Shown: in pieces, positions 39,880-52,122 of the stretch
Position numbering within the stretch: the first letter of the stretch is position 1
Layout of the letters: each line of letters starts with the position of its first letter
Origin: Chrysomallon squamiferum
Lineage: Eukaryota > Animalia > Mollusca
Direction: 5' to 3'
Length of the DNA: 64,000 nucleotides
Assembly (NCBI GenBank): GCA_012295275.1
Contig: CM022676.1
Location: 12,028,001-12,092,000, forward strand
Position numbers and translations under genes: made by a program
Notes under the pieces: generated by a model
Seen by the model: only the letters and a program-made list of their open reading frames with translations
Databases searched by the model: none
What the model was told of the DNA's origin: nothing

Positions 39880-40100
39880 CACGATTTCGATTTCGTTTCC
39901 ACGTCACAACGTAGGCATCCAAATTTTCGCGTAATTTCGGCTAGCGTACATTTTCCCCGTCTGACGTTACACGTACCAAATCATCTCATTAGTATCAGCC
40001 AATCAGCTATCACTACCGCTAGGTGTGGTCAAAACGCGCGTGATAACTTCGTTTACATTCGTCTCAGATAACGTGTTTGTTTTTTCGCCATTTAAAGTTT
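39880..40100 (+). promoter_or_regulatory. Possible promoter between the divergent FReD and maelstrom genes
   Basis: A CpG-rich patch in AT-rich DNA with a consensus CCAAT box (agccaatcagc, 39997-40007). Both flanking ATG exons are preceded by splice acceptors, implying upstream 5' UTR exons. Confidence 0.3.
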
Positions 40101-40947
40101 TATGTTGGTGGGGTGAATGAAATGCTTTAAGCTGGGTATTGTTTCGAGTTGTGTTTCTAACTTACAAAAAATAAATTTCTATTTCGTTCTGTTTCATATC
40201 AACAGTTTAAAATTCAGTTTCGCATACCCTTGGTTATACATTTTTTTAAAACAATTATACAGTGTCTCTCCTCAAGGATTTTATTCCGGATACGAACCTC
40301 TGTAAATGTGCCACAAATAAAATAAAAAAAGCCATAATATATTGTTTATTTTCAAAATATTGTTTTGTTTCGTTTTGATTACCAAATCTGAACAAAAAAA
40401 AAAAATAATAATAATAATAATAACAGTTACGTATGACAATTTAAAAACAGTAAAAATAAGTAAGTAATAATAAAAATATTACGTTAGCGATAATGCATGT
40501 TATTATTATTATTATTAATTTTCGTTATTTTTTTATCTATTTATTTAATACTGTTATTATTATTATTTCCATTACTTTAGTCTTTCTATCGTCTTTTATT
40601 TCTTTTATTATTATTATTTTTAAATATTTAACCCTTTCTTTTTTTTTTTTTTTTTTTTCTATTTTCTTTTATCATTTATTTTGTATTCATTATATAAAGA
40701 TTTATAAAACCTGATGTATAATATCAAGTGTTTTCTCACTTCGATTCTCGATTAGGTTCAGACGACTGCCCGATTATAACGGCTGCTTTCATTTCTGTAA
40801 TTGTACTGAGAAGGAATAAAAATTATGTCGTGCACACTGTTGACTGTCTTGTATTTTTTTTTTTATACATAATTCATGAAACTCAAAAATTCATTTCCCG
40901 AATTTATGTCGAAGCAGCAGGTTACTGATAAAATAATGCCGAAGTAT

Positions 40948-41031
<84 letters not shown>

Positions 41032-41444
41032 GTTTGTTCTCTGCTTATAGAAAATAAAATGTAATTTTAGTTTGTAAATATAGTTTCATGAATATTTTAT
41101 ATAGGGATCAATTGTTTCCTTTTAAATATACGTGCATATGTTAATTGTTATTGTTATTATTTATTTTTTATTTAATAGTTGCACAGTTTATGTTTTATGT
41201 TATGTCCATTCATAAAAAAAGAGACATATAGAGAATGTTTTTATTATTTTAATTTTGATTACGCGTATAGAATGTATCTGATTAAAACGTGTGATCCAGT
41301 ATCATCATGCCCAAAAATATTCTGTTACATATTGCCAAAATGGAATATTTTATATTAATATTAGAAACAGGTAAACTATAAAACATGAAATACGTCGGGT
41401 GCAATAAAAATGCTTTAAGTTCATGACAGTACTAGTTTATTATC

Positions 41445-41499
<55 letters not shown>

Positions 41500-41795
41500 A
41501 GAGATTATTTCGAGAAGCAAATATAAAAATAATTTCGAAATAATAGCAAATGGTTCACAGAATGGTGGTAATAGAAAGTTATTCTTTAAAATAAACGAGT
41601 TTGTATCCGGACAAATAAGCAAAGAACTAAAAATACGCTTCACAGATAACCAGTCGATCTTACCTTGTTTTCGACGTAATGTGAACAGAGAATCAGTGTT
41701 CGAAGTCGGGGCTTTTTATTTAACTTTAAGTTGACGTTATTAAAATAGATTTTTGTTGACGATATTTTTATCCTTTTTTTTTTTACAGAAACAAA

Positions 41796-42193
41796 ATGCC
41801 CAAAAAGCCAGTAAGAAATGCGTTTTATTTCTACATGAAGGATATTGAACCAAAGCTACGAAAGGAAGGAAGGGTTTTTCCAAACGGCATTCCTGATGTC
41901 GTACCAGTCGCTCATCCATTATGGAAAGTATGAAAATATGAACGTTATAACGGATATTTATTTTATTTTATTTTATTTTATTTTATTTTATAAAATAACA
42001 AATGTCGACACATAGCTTCATTATATCGACTTAATGTTTAACAATAAAGTGGAGATAATTAATAATTGTACAAATAATAAAATTTTAAATAATAAAATTA
42101 TAAATGATCAAATACTTGAAATAGAATTAAATTTGATTTATTAATTAGTAAAATATAGATTCAGAGCGTTCACTGATTAATTTCATTTAGGTT

Positions 42194-42282
<89 letters not shown>

Positions 42283-44874
42283 TTTACCCTTATATCAGTC
42301 TTTTTCAGCCTTTCTAAATTCTAATTTGCAGGCATTACCAGACAGCGAGAAGGCAAAGTATGAGAAAATGGCCAGAGATTACAAAGCTAGCCTGAGAGGA
42401 ACGTTTGGTGACAAATTCAGAATGGATAATGTAGGGAATGTCATAGCTGTAAGTTGTAAAATTATCAAATGAGAAAATATGTCTGAAACCAATAAATATA
42501 AATTATACATTAGACAGACTAAAGAGAAATAGTTTAAAATTAAGTTTTAATACAAGCCATATACTATGATACTTTATGCAAAATATTAATTAAAATAGAA
42601 TGAGATAAAATGTTTTAAACGTAAAACAATTTATGAGTAATGGTTAAAACAACAACAACAAATACAATTTAAAAAACCCAACAAAAACAAAAACAAAATC
42701 TTTACTTTTATATAATAATTGAACATTGTAAACAATTCATACTTAATCCTTAAACAGTGTGTAAATATAGCTAGAGGTATAGATATTACCACTAATACAA
42801 TTATATTTTATTTTTTTTTTTTTTTTTTTCATTCAATTTTTTATTTTCTAATCACTACAAACATTGTTGATATCACAAATACTGACAATAAAATTTATCA
42901 AAGTTTTAACTGATTTCAGACAGTTAAATAAATCAGTCATAATCATAAAATTATATTTTCATCTCCGATTTATAAAAAAATAATAAGTTGTGTAATTTCA
43001 TATGAGCAGGACAGAAAAGATCCAGTGAAAGAGTTAGAGAAAAGACTGAAGAAAGAAAGACAGACAGTTGTAGCTTCTTGGGCTGGAAAAGGTAAATAAA
43101 TAAATAAATAAATAAATAAAATAAATTTGCTATAAAATAAATAAATAAATGGGATGATAAACATCAGTAAATTAATACAGTCTATGATGTTATTTACGAA
43201 ATGAATTTTGTTAGGTTTCTATTTCTGGTTTTCAATTTGTTTTATTTTAATTATATAATTTTTTTATGACTTTTTAAAAACATTTCTGTTAAAAGACAAT
43301 GACACTTGATTATTGGCATTTTTCACAAAACATTTATTAAAAAATAAATAAATAAATGCAGTGCAATATATAAGTTCAAATTTGTGTGTATATAAACTGA
43401 AAATGAAACAAACTTCAGTGGGATTGGCTTGTTTTATCTCTGCCAGTGTCATTACTATTAGAAAAGTCATTTATTCACTTTCATATAAAAATATATTAAG
43501 TAGGTTCAGACTGATTGATGTTGTTGTTTTTCAGATATCATGGATGAACTGTTTTATTTTGTTAATTTTCAAATCCTGTGCCGTACTGAAGATGGACATT
43601 ACCTCCCTTGTGAGATGGCCATATTGGAATACAGCCTGCGGAAAGGAATAATTCGTCACCTGCATCGATTTATCTGTCCAGGTTTGTGAAACATACTACA
43701 GCTAGTCCTTCAGTCAGTTTGTTGTCCATAACAGAATTACTGACCAAGTTATTAGCAAATACTGCAACTCATCCTTGTATCTATCTCTGTCTTATCTAAA
43801 TTAGTGTATCTTCAGTGTTAATATTAAATACTTCTACATAATCTTTCCATTTGTCTGTCTGTCTGCCTGTCATCTTGAATAGTTTGTCTGTCCACATTTA
43901 TACCATTCATCCATTCCTCGATCTCTGCTGAATATCATCAAGATCAGATCTGTCCAGCTTTCTGCTAAATATCCATCCATCTGTCCACCTGTTTATCTGT
44001 CACCTGTAATAAAGTTTCTGAAACATATTTCAGTGTCACTGATGCTTGAGGCTGCTTTATTGTAAAATATCATCATTAAATGTTGTTATGTTTTCAGTAA
44101 CTCCTGTCATTCACATTAATTTGTTTCATTCACCAGTGTTTTACTGAACCTGAGTTTTGAACTGTCTTTCTTTTCTACACAAGTTTATATTTCATAGTGT
44201 ACTCGTCACTTGTCTGATCTCATCTTTCTGTCACTTACACCATCACCTCTCATCAACCCAGGTATATTTGTCATTTTAAATTTATTATATATTTTTTATT
44301 ATTCATTTCTTTTTTTAAAAATTTTAATTTATTATTATTATTATTATTATCTTCTTTTTTTTTAACATTTCTGTTATCAAAACATCCCACTATTTTCTTC
44401 TAATAAGATCATTACTAAACCTTCCTGCACACCTGTTTCTAAATGTTATGATGATCGTGTGTGAAGTGTTTTAGTGTTATTTCATTTTCTTTCTTTCAGG
44501 TCCGATCCCAACAGGATACAGGTTTGACTGCATGAACCACAGTAAGTTACAGAATGCAACTTCTTATATAATTTATTACATCAAAGCCATCAACATCATC
44601 ATCATCATTATTTTAGTTATTATTTCTGTTATTTATTTTTCATTAGTCTTTAAAAGATATTAAGTTATTCTCTTTGTTGTATTTTTTGTAATTGTTATTT
44701 AATTAATCACTTATACATTTAATTCTTTCTCAGTTTAATCTCTTTTTTGTGTATTAATTTTATATACACACACACAGATAAATATTGAATTTAATTTTAT
44801 ACTTACGTACAATGAAATTTTATTTATTACTACTACTGATACTACCACTATTTTTATTAATAATATTATTATTA

Positions 44875-44907
<33 letters not shown>

Positions 44908-46163
44908 CTATTTTTTTATTTTTTTTATTATTATTATTATTATTACTATTACTTTGATTATAAATGTTTCTGACAGGTAAGAACACTCATCAGATCCCCA
45001 TTGAGAACTTTGAGTTGGCTGACACTGACTACATCAAACTGTGGACTGAGATTGAAAATTTCATCAACTACAAGGGAGAGAAACCTGAGGATCCACCTCT
45101 GTATTGTCTGGTAAATAGTGAATATGTGTACCTGTCTCTTTATTGTCTAGTAAACAGTAAATACGTACCTGTCTCTTTATTGTCTGGTAAACAGTAAATA
45201 TGTACCTGTCTCTTTGTTGTCTGGTAAACAGTAAATATGTACCTGTCTCTTTATTGTCTGGTAAACAGTAAATATGTACCTGTCTCTTTATTGTCTGGTA
45301 AACAGTAAATATGTACCTGTCTCTTTGTTGTCTGGTAAATAGTGAATATGTACCTGTCTCTTTATTGTCTGGTAAACAGTAAATACGTACCTGTCTCTTT
45401 ATTGTCTAGTAAACAGTAAATACGTACCTGTCTCTTTATTGTCTGGTAAACAGTAAATACGTACCTGTCTCTTTATTGTCTGGTAAACAGTAAATACGTA
45501 CCTGTCTCTTTATTGTCTGGTAAACAGTAAATACGTACCTGTCTCTTTATTGTCTGGTAAACAGTAGATACGTACCTGTCTCTTTATTGTCTGGTAAACA
45601 GTCAATACGTACCTGTCTCTTTATTGTCTGGTAAATAGTGAATATGTACCTGTCTCTTTATTGTCTGGTAAACAGTAAATACGTACCTGTCTCTTTATTG
45701 TCTGGTAAACAGTAAATACGTACCTGTCTCTTTATTGTCTGGTAAACAGTAAATACGTACCTGTCTCTTTATTGTCTGGTAAACAGTAAATACGTACCTG
45801 TCTCTTTATTGTCTGGTAAACAGTAAATACGTACCTGTCTCTTTATTGTCTGGTAAATAGTAAATACATACCTGTCTCTTTATTGTTTGGTAAATAGTGA
45901 ATACGTACCTGTCTCTTTATTGTCTGGTAAATGTGCAGTTTACAAAGAGAGTGGGTCACAACTGATCTGTGTATTAACAAGGTAGAGGTCAGATCTCACC
46001 TGAAACCCAATCTGTATTGTGATGTAATTGTGAAGAGTGAATATCAAACCTGCATCTTGCCTGTCAGTGGTGCATGCTAAGTTATACACCCACCTAATCA
46101 ACAAACACTGAACTGAAACCCACCTTTCTGTACTATAACTAAAAGTCCACCTCTTACATCTGG

Positions 46164-46210
<47 letters not shown>

Positions 46211-49200
46211 TGTTGTTGTCACACACAGCAAGAAGACGTTGAGAAAACTGAATACTGTCTAGCCTGGATTGCCCAGCAGACCTGCATAGGCAGACCATCT
46301 CGCTATAAGAAAGTCTACGACCTGGTTGGCCTGGTTGTTGACCTGTACGCGCAGACAGACCACCCCAACATGAGTGCCACCCGCGTGCACGACCACCTCA
46401 ACGTCAACACCTGGGACTTCACCAGAAACACGCGGTAATTCTTGTCACATCCACGTTTACATTATATTTCTAAAACTCATTTATTTATTTATGTTCATGT
46501 TCAGAAACACACGGTAATTCTTGTCAAATCTACGTTTACGTTATATTTCTAAATATTATTTATTTATTTCTATTTGTGTTAAGAAACAGTAATTCTTGTC
46601 AAATCCACGTTTACATTATATTTCTAAAACTCATTTATTTATTTCTGTTCATGTAACTGCCTCAGACTTTCACCAGAAACACACAGTGGTATTATACTTG
46701 CAAGTGTAAATATAAACTTGGTTCTATTTTTTATATCTGTTGTAATTTACGAAAAAACCACACACCTGTAGGCTATGTTCAAAGAAGAGAACTTCAGATA
46801 TTTTTTGGGGGGGGCTGGTCTCTTTTATTATTATTACCTTTTTTTCTTTCTTTTTTCATACATAGTTATTGATTTGTATCTAGGAGAATGCTTCTAGAGA
46901 AATGCCAGGTTTTAACGAAGGATGTTGTAAGTGATGTGAGTGAAATACATGATGTTGTTGTTGTTTTGTAGATGTAGCTGGCATGAAGAACGAGACTGCA
47001 AGTACTGCTCCCTGGGAATTGTACAGAGATATGCGTAAGTCTTCTTCATTGTTAGTTTTACTACTACTAGTGCTAGTACTACTGTTAATACTACTACTAG
47101 TGCTAGTACTACTGTTAATACTATTTTTACTACTACTACTACTACTATTAGTGCTAGTACTACTGTTAATACTACTGTTACTACTATTAGTGCTAGTACT
47201 ACTGTTAGTACTACTATTACTACTACTAGTGCTAGTACTACTGTTAATACTACTGTTAATACTACTTTTACTACTAGTGCTACTACTATTAGTGCTAGTA
47301 CTACTGTTATTATTACTACTAATATTACTATATCTACTACTGCTACTAGTATTGTTCTTATCGCTGTTATTGTTCTTCTTATTACTATTATTATAATTAT
47401 TATTACTGCTATTGTGACTGTTTTATCACTGTTATTACTACTGTTTTCAGGTTTGCTATTTCCGACTCGCTGTCTGCAGTTCTGGATTTCCAGCTCACAG
47501 ACAAACACATGCCGAGTATAAAAGACGACATTCCTGCTTGTATAACCCTGCCTCCAGCCTTGTACTCCATGAGAACCACTCAATCGCGACCTGCAAGCAG
47601 CAGAGGTCAGAGGTCAAACTGGGGCTCAGGCTCTGCAGGGGGGAGATGTACCACGCAGACTTACAAATCAGTGAGATTGCACATTTTTATCTTGTTTTGT
47701 TTATTATTGTCATTTTTTTATTATTTTATTATTTTTATTGTTTTTAATTTGGTTTGTTACTATTATTTTTTTTTATAGATCATTAAATTAACAAGATACA
47801 GTTGCATCCAGATTTTCAAATGTTCTGTAAAATGTACTTGAAATTTGTTGATGTTCTTGAGCAAATAGAAGGCTTTAATAGAATTGAATATATACATGCA
47901 TACATACATACATACACATAGCTAGATAGATAGATAGATAGGTATAGATATATATGTATATGTTTAAAATGTACAAATGTCGCTGCAGAAAAGGAAAAGA
48001 ACAATAATAAACAAAAGTTCTAAATAAAATACAAAGAAAAATAGAAAAGATATTTACTTATCTCTTTAAACATTACATTTTTGTTTGTTTGATTTTTTTA
48101 ATTTTTTTTGTTCTAAAAGTCAGATACATTAGTTTCAGTATTTTATAACTTTTCTTTTTTCTCTTTTTCTTGCCAGTATATTTACTTGTGATTAATGTTA
48201 CTTACTTAACTCTGAAAATGTTACATCACACAAGAAATATATATCAACATTCAGAAACAGCAATGTTGTTTTTTGATTTTTTAGAGACCTGAATATGCTG
48301 ATGATGATGATGATGGTGATGATAATGACTTTGATGTGGAACCTCAAGGTTACAGAACTTCAGTACGAAGACCAAATGTGCCAGGTACAAAAACAAAAAT
48401 TAAACCTTAAAACTTTAAACCGTTTTTCTGTAACCACTGTAGAATAGTTGAGTAACAAGAGGTAACAGACACAGTTTCCAGTGTTACTTATTTCACAGTC
48501 TAACCAGTACTCCTTAATCAGTCAGTCGGTGTAACAGATAGTTTAAAAGTGAACTGTGTTAATGCAGGTTACAAGTTCGTTCATTCAGACAGTAGATGAA
48601 ATGTTTCTTCTTCTACAACAGCAGTTAAGTGAAAAAGATAACTGAGAGTATGGAAAGAAGCAGGTTTTATTTTATCATCACAAAAATAACACAGTAAGAG
48701 TTGATATTAGATCTGTTTTCACTGACTTGATGATTATAATCCTGGGTTTAAAGATCTGCAGTGTTCAGAACAGTCAGAAACATGCAAAGTTCTGGGAGGG
48801 TGGATTCGTGAAGCTGACTGAAAGGTGGCTGAACTTAGTGGAACATGTTGGCACATGTATACATCTATATACAGATAACTAACTTTAGTTCCAACCAAAT
48901 ATCACATTCACTTATTTTATATAACCAAAAATAAACTAATTTAAGAATATGTGAGTGGTTCGTGTTTTAAAACGAATGTTTTGTTTTCAGGAGTCATGTG
49001 GACACCAGCTCCCAAGCCTAAAGAACCAAACACAACTGACTTCAGTGAATGGCCAAGTCTGGGAGGTACTTCCACCACTATTACTGCTGCTGCTGCTACT
49101 ACTACAGCTACCACTACTACAGCTTCTACTACTACTACTGCTACTAGTACTATTACTACTACTACTGCTACTACTGCTAGTACTATTACTACTACTGCTA

Positions 49201-50258
49201 CTACTGCTAGTACTATTACTACTATTACTACTGCTACTAGTACTATTACTACTACTACTGCTACTACTGCTAGTACTATTACTACTACTGCTAGTACTAT
49301 TACTACTATTACTACTGCTACTAGTACTATTACTACTACTATTACTGCAACTAGTACTATTACTACTACTACTACTGTTACTAGTACTAATACAACTACT
49401 GCTACTACTGCTACATCTACAGCTTCTACTACTACTGCTACTGTTACTAGTACTAATACAACTACTGCTACTGTTACTAGTACTAATACAACTACTGCTA
49501 CAACTACTACTAGTACTATTACTACTACTGCTACTGCTACTAGTACTAATTACAACTGTTACTACTACAACTGTATCTACTGCAGTATTATTACTACTAC
49601 CACTACTGTTACTACTATTACTACCACTGCTGCTACTATAAATACTACTACTATTACTACTACCACTACAACTACTACCACTACTACTACTATCACAAGT
49701 ACTATTTCAACTGCAATTATTACTGCAAATAGTTTTATTATTACCACTACCAATACAACTAATACTTCTACTTTATCTTGTGTGTTGTAACCTTTCTGCT
49801 AGTCTGTTGCTACATTCTTCCCATTCTTTGTCTTTCAGATGGACCTGCTCCAGTGAAATTCGCAGGAAGGGTGTCTGCACCCCACCCAAACAGAGCTCCA
49901 GCTCCACCCGATGTGTGGCAGGGTGGAGGAGACCACGCCCAGAACAACCGACGTGACCAGGGGGTGACCGCTTTCTTCCAGGAACAGAGAATTCCAATAC
50001 AAGAAGTTAGTGTTTGAAAGTTAACAGTTCAGCTGTTCAAACAGTCAAATCATTTAACTTCTTCTCTAAACAGTTCTCATCATTGTTGTTGTTGTTCTTG
50101 TCATTATTATTGTTATTGTTATTGTTATTGTTATTGTTATTGTTATTATTATTGTTATTATTATTGTTATACAGAGCAGGTTAACAGCTGATGTGTCTAA
50201 CAACATTCCAAGTACTTCAGTGATAGGTGAGTTTCAGTATTTACTTTGTAAACACACA

Positions 50259-50336
<78 letters not shown>

Positions 50337-51372
50337 CACACAACATGCACACATACTAATACAAATAGCTTAAATATATTTTAATTATTTAGCAACTTAA
50401 AACTGCATTGTCGTATTACTATGGAGATAACAAAAAAAATAACAATAATCGTAGCTGATTCACGCAGTCCATTAGTTCAGTGTTCTGTTATTAAATTTCA
50501 GGTCAAGGTCGAGGTCGCGGAATGTTGGGTCACTCAGGTCAAAACAAAGTGCCAGTTGGTCGTGGATATGCTCCACCCACATTTGCGAGGGGTGTAGGGC
50601 GTGGTAGAGGATATATACCCCCAACATTAGGTAAGTCGAATGATAATTTAATTATTTTTAGTTTTGCATCTTCTACAGCAGGATTTTAGTAAAAGCCTTA
50701 AATGCATGGCTTTTTCCCATTCCACCCAGATGATGTGTGTCACAATATGACTGCAGTAGCCTGCAGAGGACCAACATGTTTCTTTTGTGAAATAATTATT
50801 CATAAATAAAGTGCAATGTTATCTGAAATGTTAAATATCAGTTTATTTACTCATTGTTTTATATATTTGTATTTCAAAGAACAAAGATTGGTAGTCAGGG
50901 GTAATTTATTTTTAAATATTAGCAGAGAAATATTTTAATATTTTAAATAACAGAAAAAGCAACATTTTATTTATTTTTTTTTTATTTATTTTTATTTATA
51001 CTTATATTTTATTTAATTTACATTTGTTTTGTTTATTTTTCGTTTTATTTTTTATTTTTGTTTTTTTTGGTGATATTTTTTTATGTATATATCTTTTATT
51101 TATTTACTTACTTATTTATTATTAATTTTATTTTATTTTATTTATTTATTTATTTATTTATTATTTATTATTATTTAGTTTTTTTTATTTTAGTTTAGTT
51201 TAGTTTAGTTTATTTATTATTTTGTTTTAAATATTTATTTAGTTTTTTTTATTTTAGTTTTTTTTATTATTTATTTATTATTATTTTTTTTTTATTTTTT
51301 TATTTATTGTTTTATTTCACAGTTGTGGAGCAAGGGTTACAGAAAATGTCTGTTGGAGATGATGAGAAATGA
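41796..51372 (+). CDS. mael: Protein maelstrom (HMG box, MAEL RNase H-fold domain, low-complexity tail), 571 aa, 15 coding exons
   Basis: Exons 41796-41927, 42332-42448, 43010-43091, 43535-43681, 44500-44541, 44977-45110, 46229-46434, 46972-47034, 47451-47670, 48285-48384, 48991-49065, 49839-50005, 50175-50226, 50502-50630, 51323-51372, summing to 1716 nt in frame. HMG box MPKKPVRNAFYFYM..AHPLWKALPDSEKAKYEKMA; MAEL motifs YLPCEMAILEYSL..HRFICPGPIPTGY..HSKNTHQIP..WDF..RCSWHEERDCKYCSL. Tail exons 10-15 are less certain. Confidence 0.92.
45102..45932 (+). repeat. 37-bp x about 23 tandem array of the maelstrom exon-6 splice donor
   Basis: Unit TATTGTCTG|GTAAACAGTAAATACGTACCTGTCTCTT. The first unit (39 bp) holds the real donor at 45110/45111; further units run from 45141 to 45918. 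Confidence 0.95.
46423..46690 (+). repeat. About 79-bp tandem repeat (3 copies plus a partial) spanning the maelstrom exon-7 donor
   Basis: cagaaacac.cg|gtaattcttgtca.atccacgtttacattatatttctaaa at 46423, 46502 and about 46581, with a partial gactttcaccagaaacac near 46665. Confidence 0.85.
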
Positions 51373-51512
51373 AAAAAATGTGGTATGAAGAAAACAGCAG
51401 CAAATTTACAGAACTACGCAGAAACTTCTTTTTTAAATTATTATTTAGAATTATTTAATTTCTTAATTTATTTCAGTTTTAAATTTATAACTTAAAATAT
51501 TTTAAACTATTA

Positions 51513-51553
<41 letters not shown>

Positions 51554-51625
51554 GTATTTCAATTTAATAATTTTCAGAAGTTTTATTTATTTTTATTTGA
51601 TTTATTCATTTGATTTTATTTTATT

Positions 51626-51691
<66 letters not shown>

Positions 51692-52090
51692 TATTATTAA
51701 TTCATTCATTCATTCAGTTAATTATTTCTTGTGTATATACATATATATATACATATTGCGTTTTAATTTATTTTAATACAAGAGCTGAGGATTATCAGCT
51801 GTTTGTGTTTGGTCTACATTTTGTTTTTAAAATAATTATTTAGTATATTTTATTTAGATAAATAAGAGGTATCATTTCTTAAAAGACAACATTCTGTTTT
51901 ATCCCATTCTTATTTTTATTTTATTTTTTTGTTATCTCTTTATTTGAGTCACTTCTGTTAAACATGCAAGCCCTTATCTTTTTTTTTCTGTCTTCACTTT
52001 AGTAATATTGAATATTTCGTTTCCCCACTTCAGAATGAGTGTCTGTCTGTCTGTGTTTTGTGTGTCTGTAGATGTTTTGTGTGGCAGTAA

Positions 52091-52122
<32 letters not shown>

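Noticed and set aside
45102-45932. CRISPR-like appearance of the 37-bp array (and the 25-bp array at 24975)
   Set aside because: The units are head-to-tail with no unique spacers, there are no cas genes, and the context is a eukaryotic intron.
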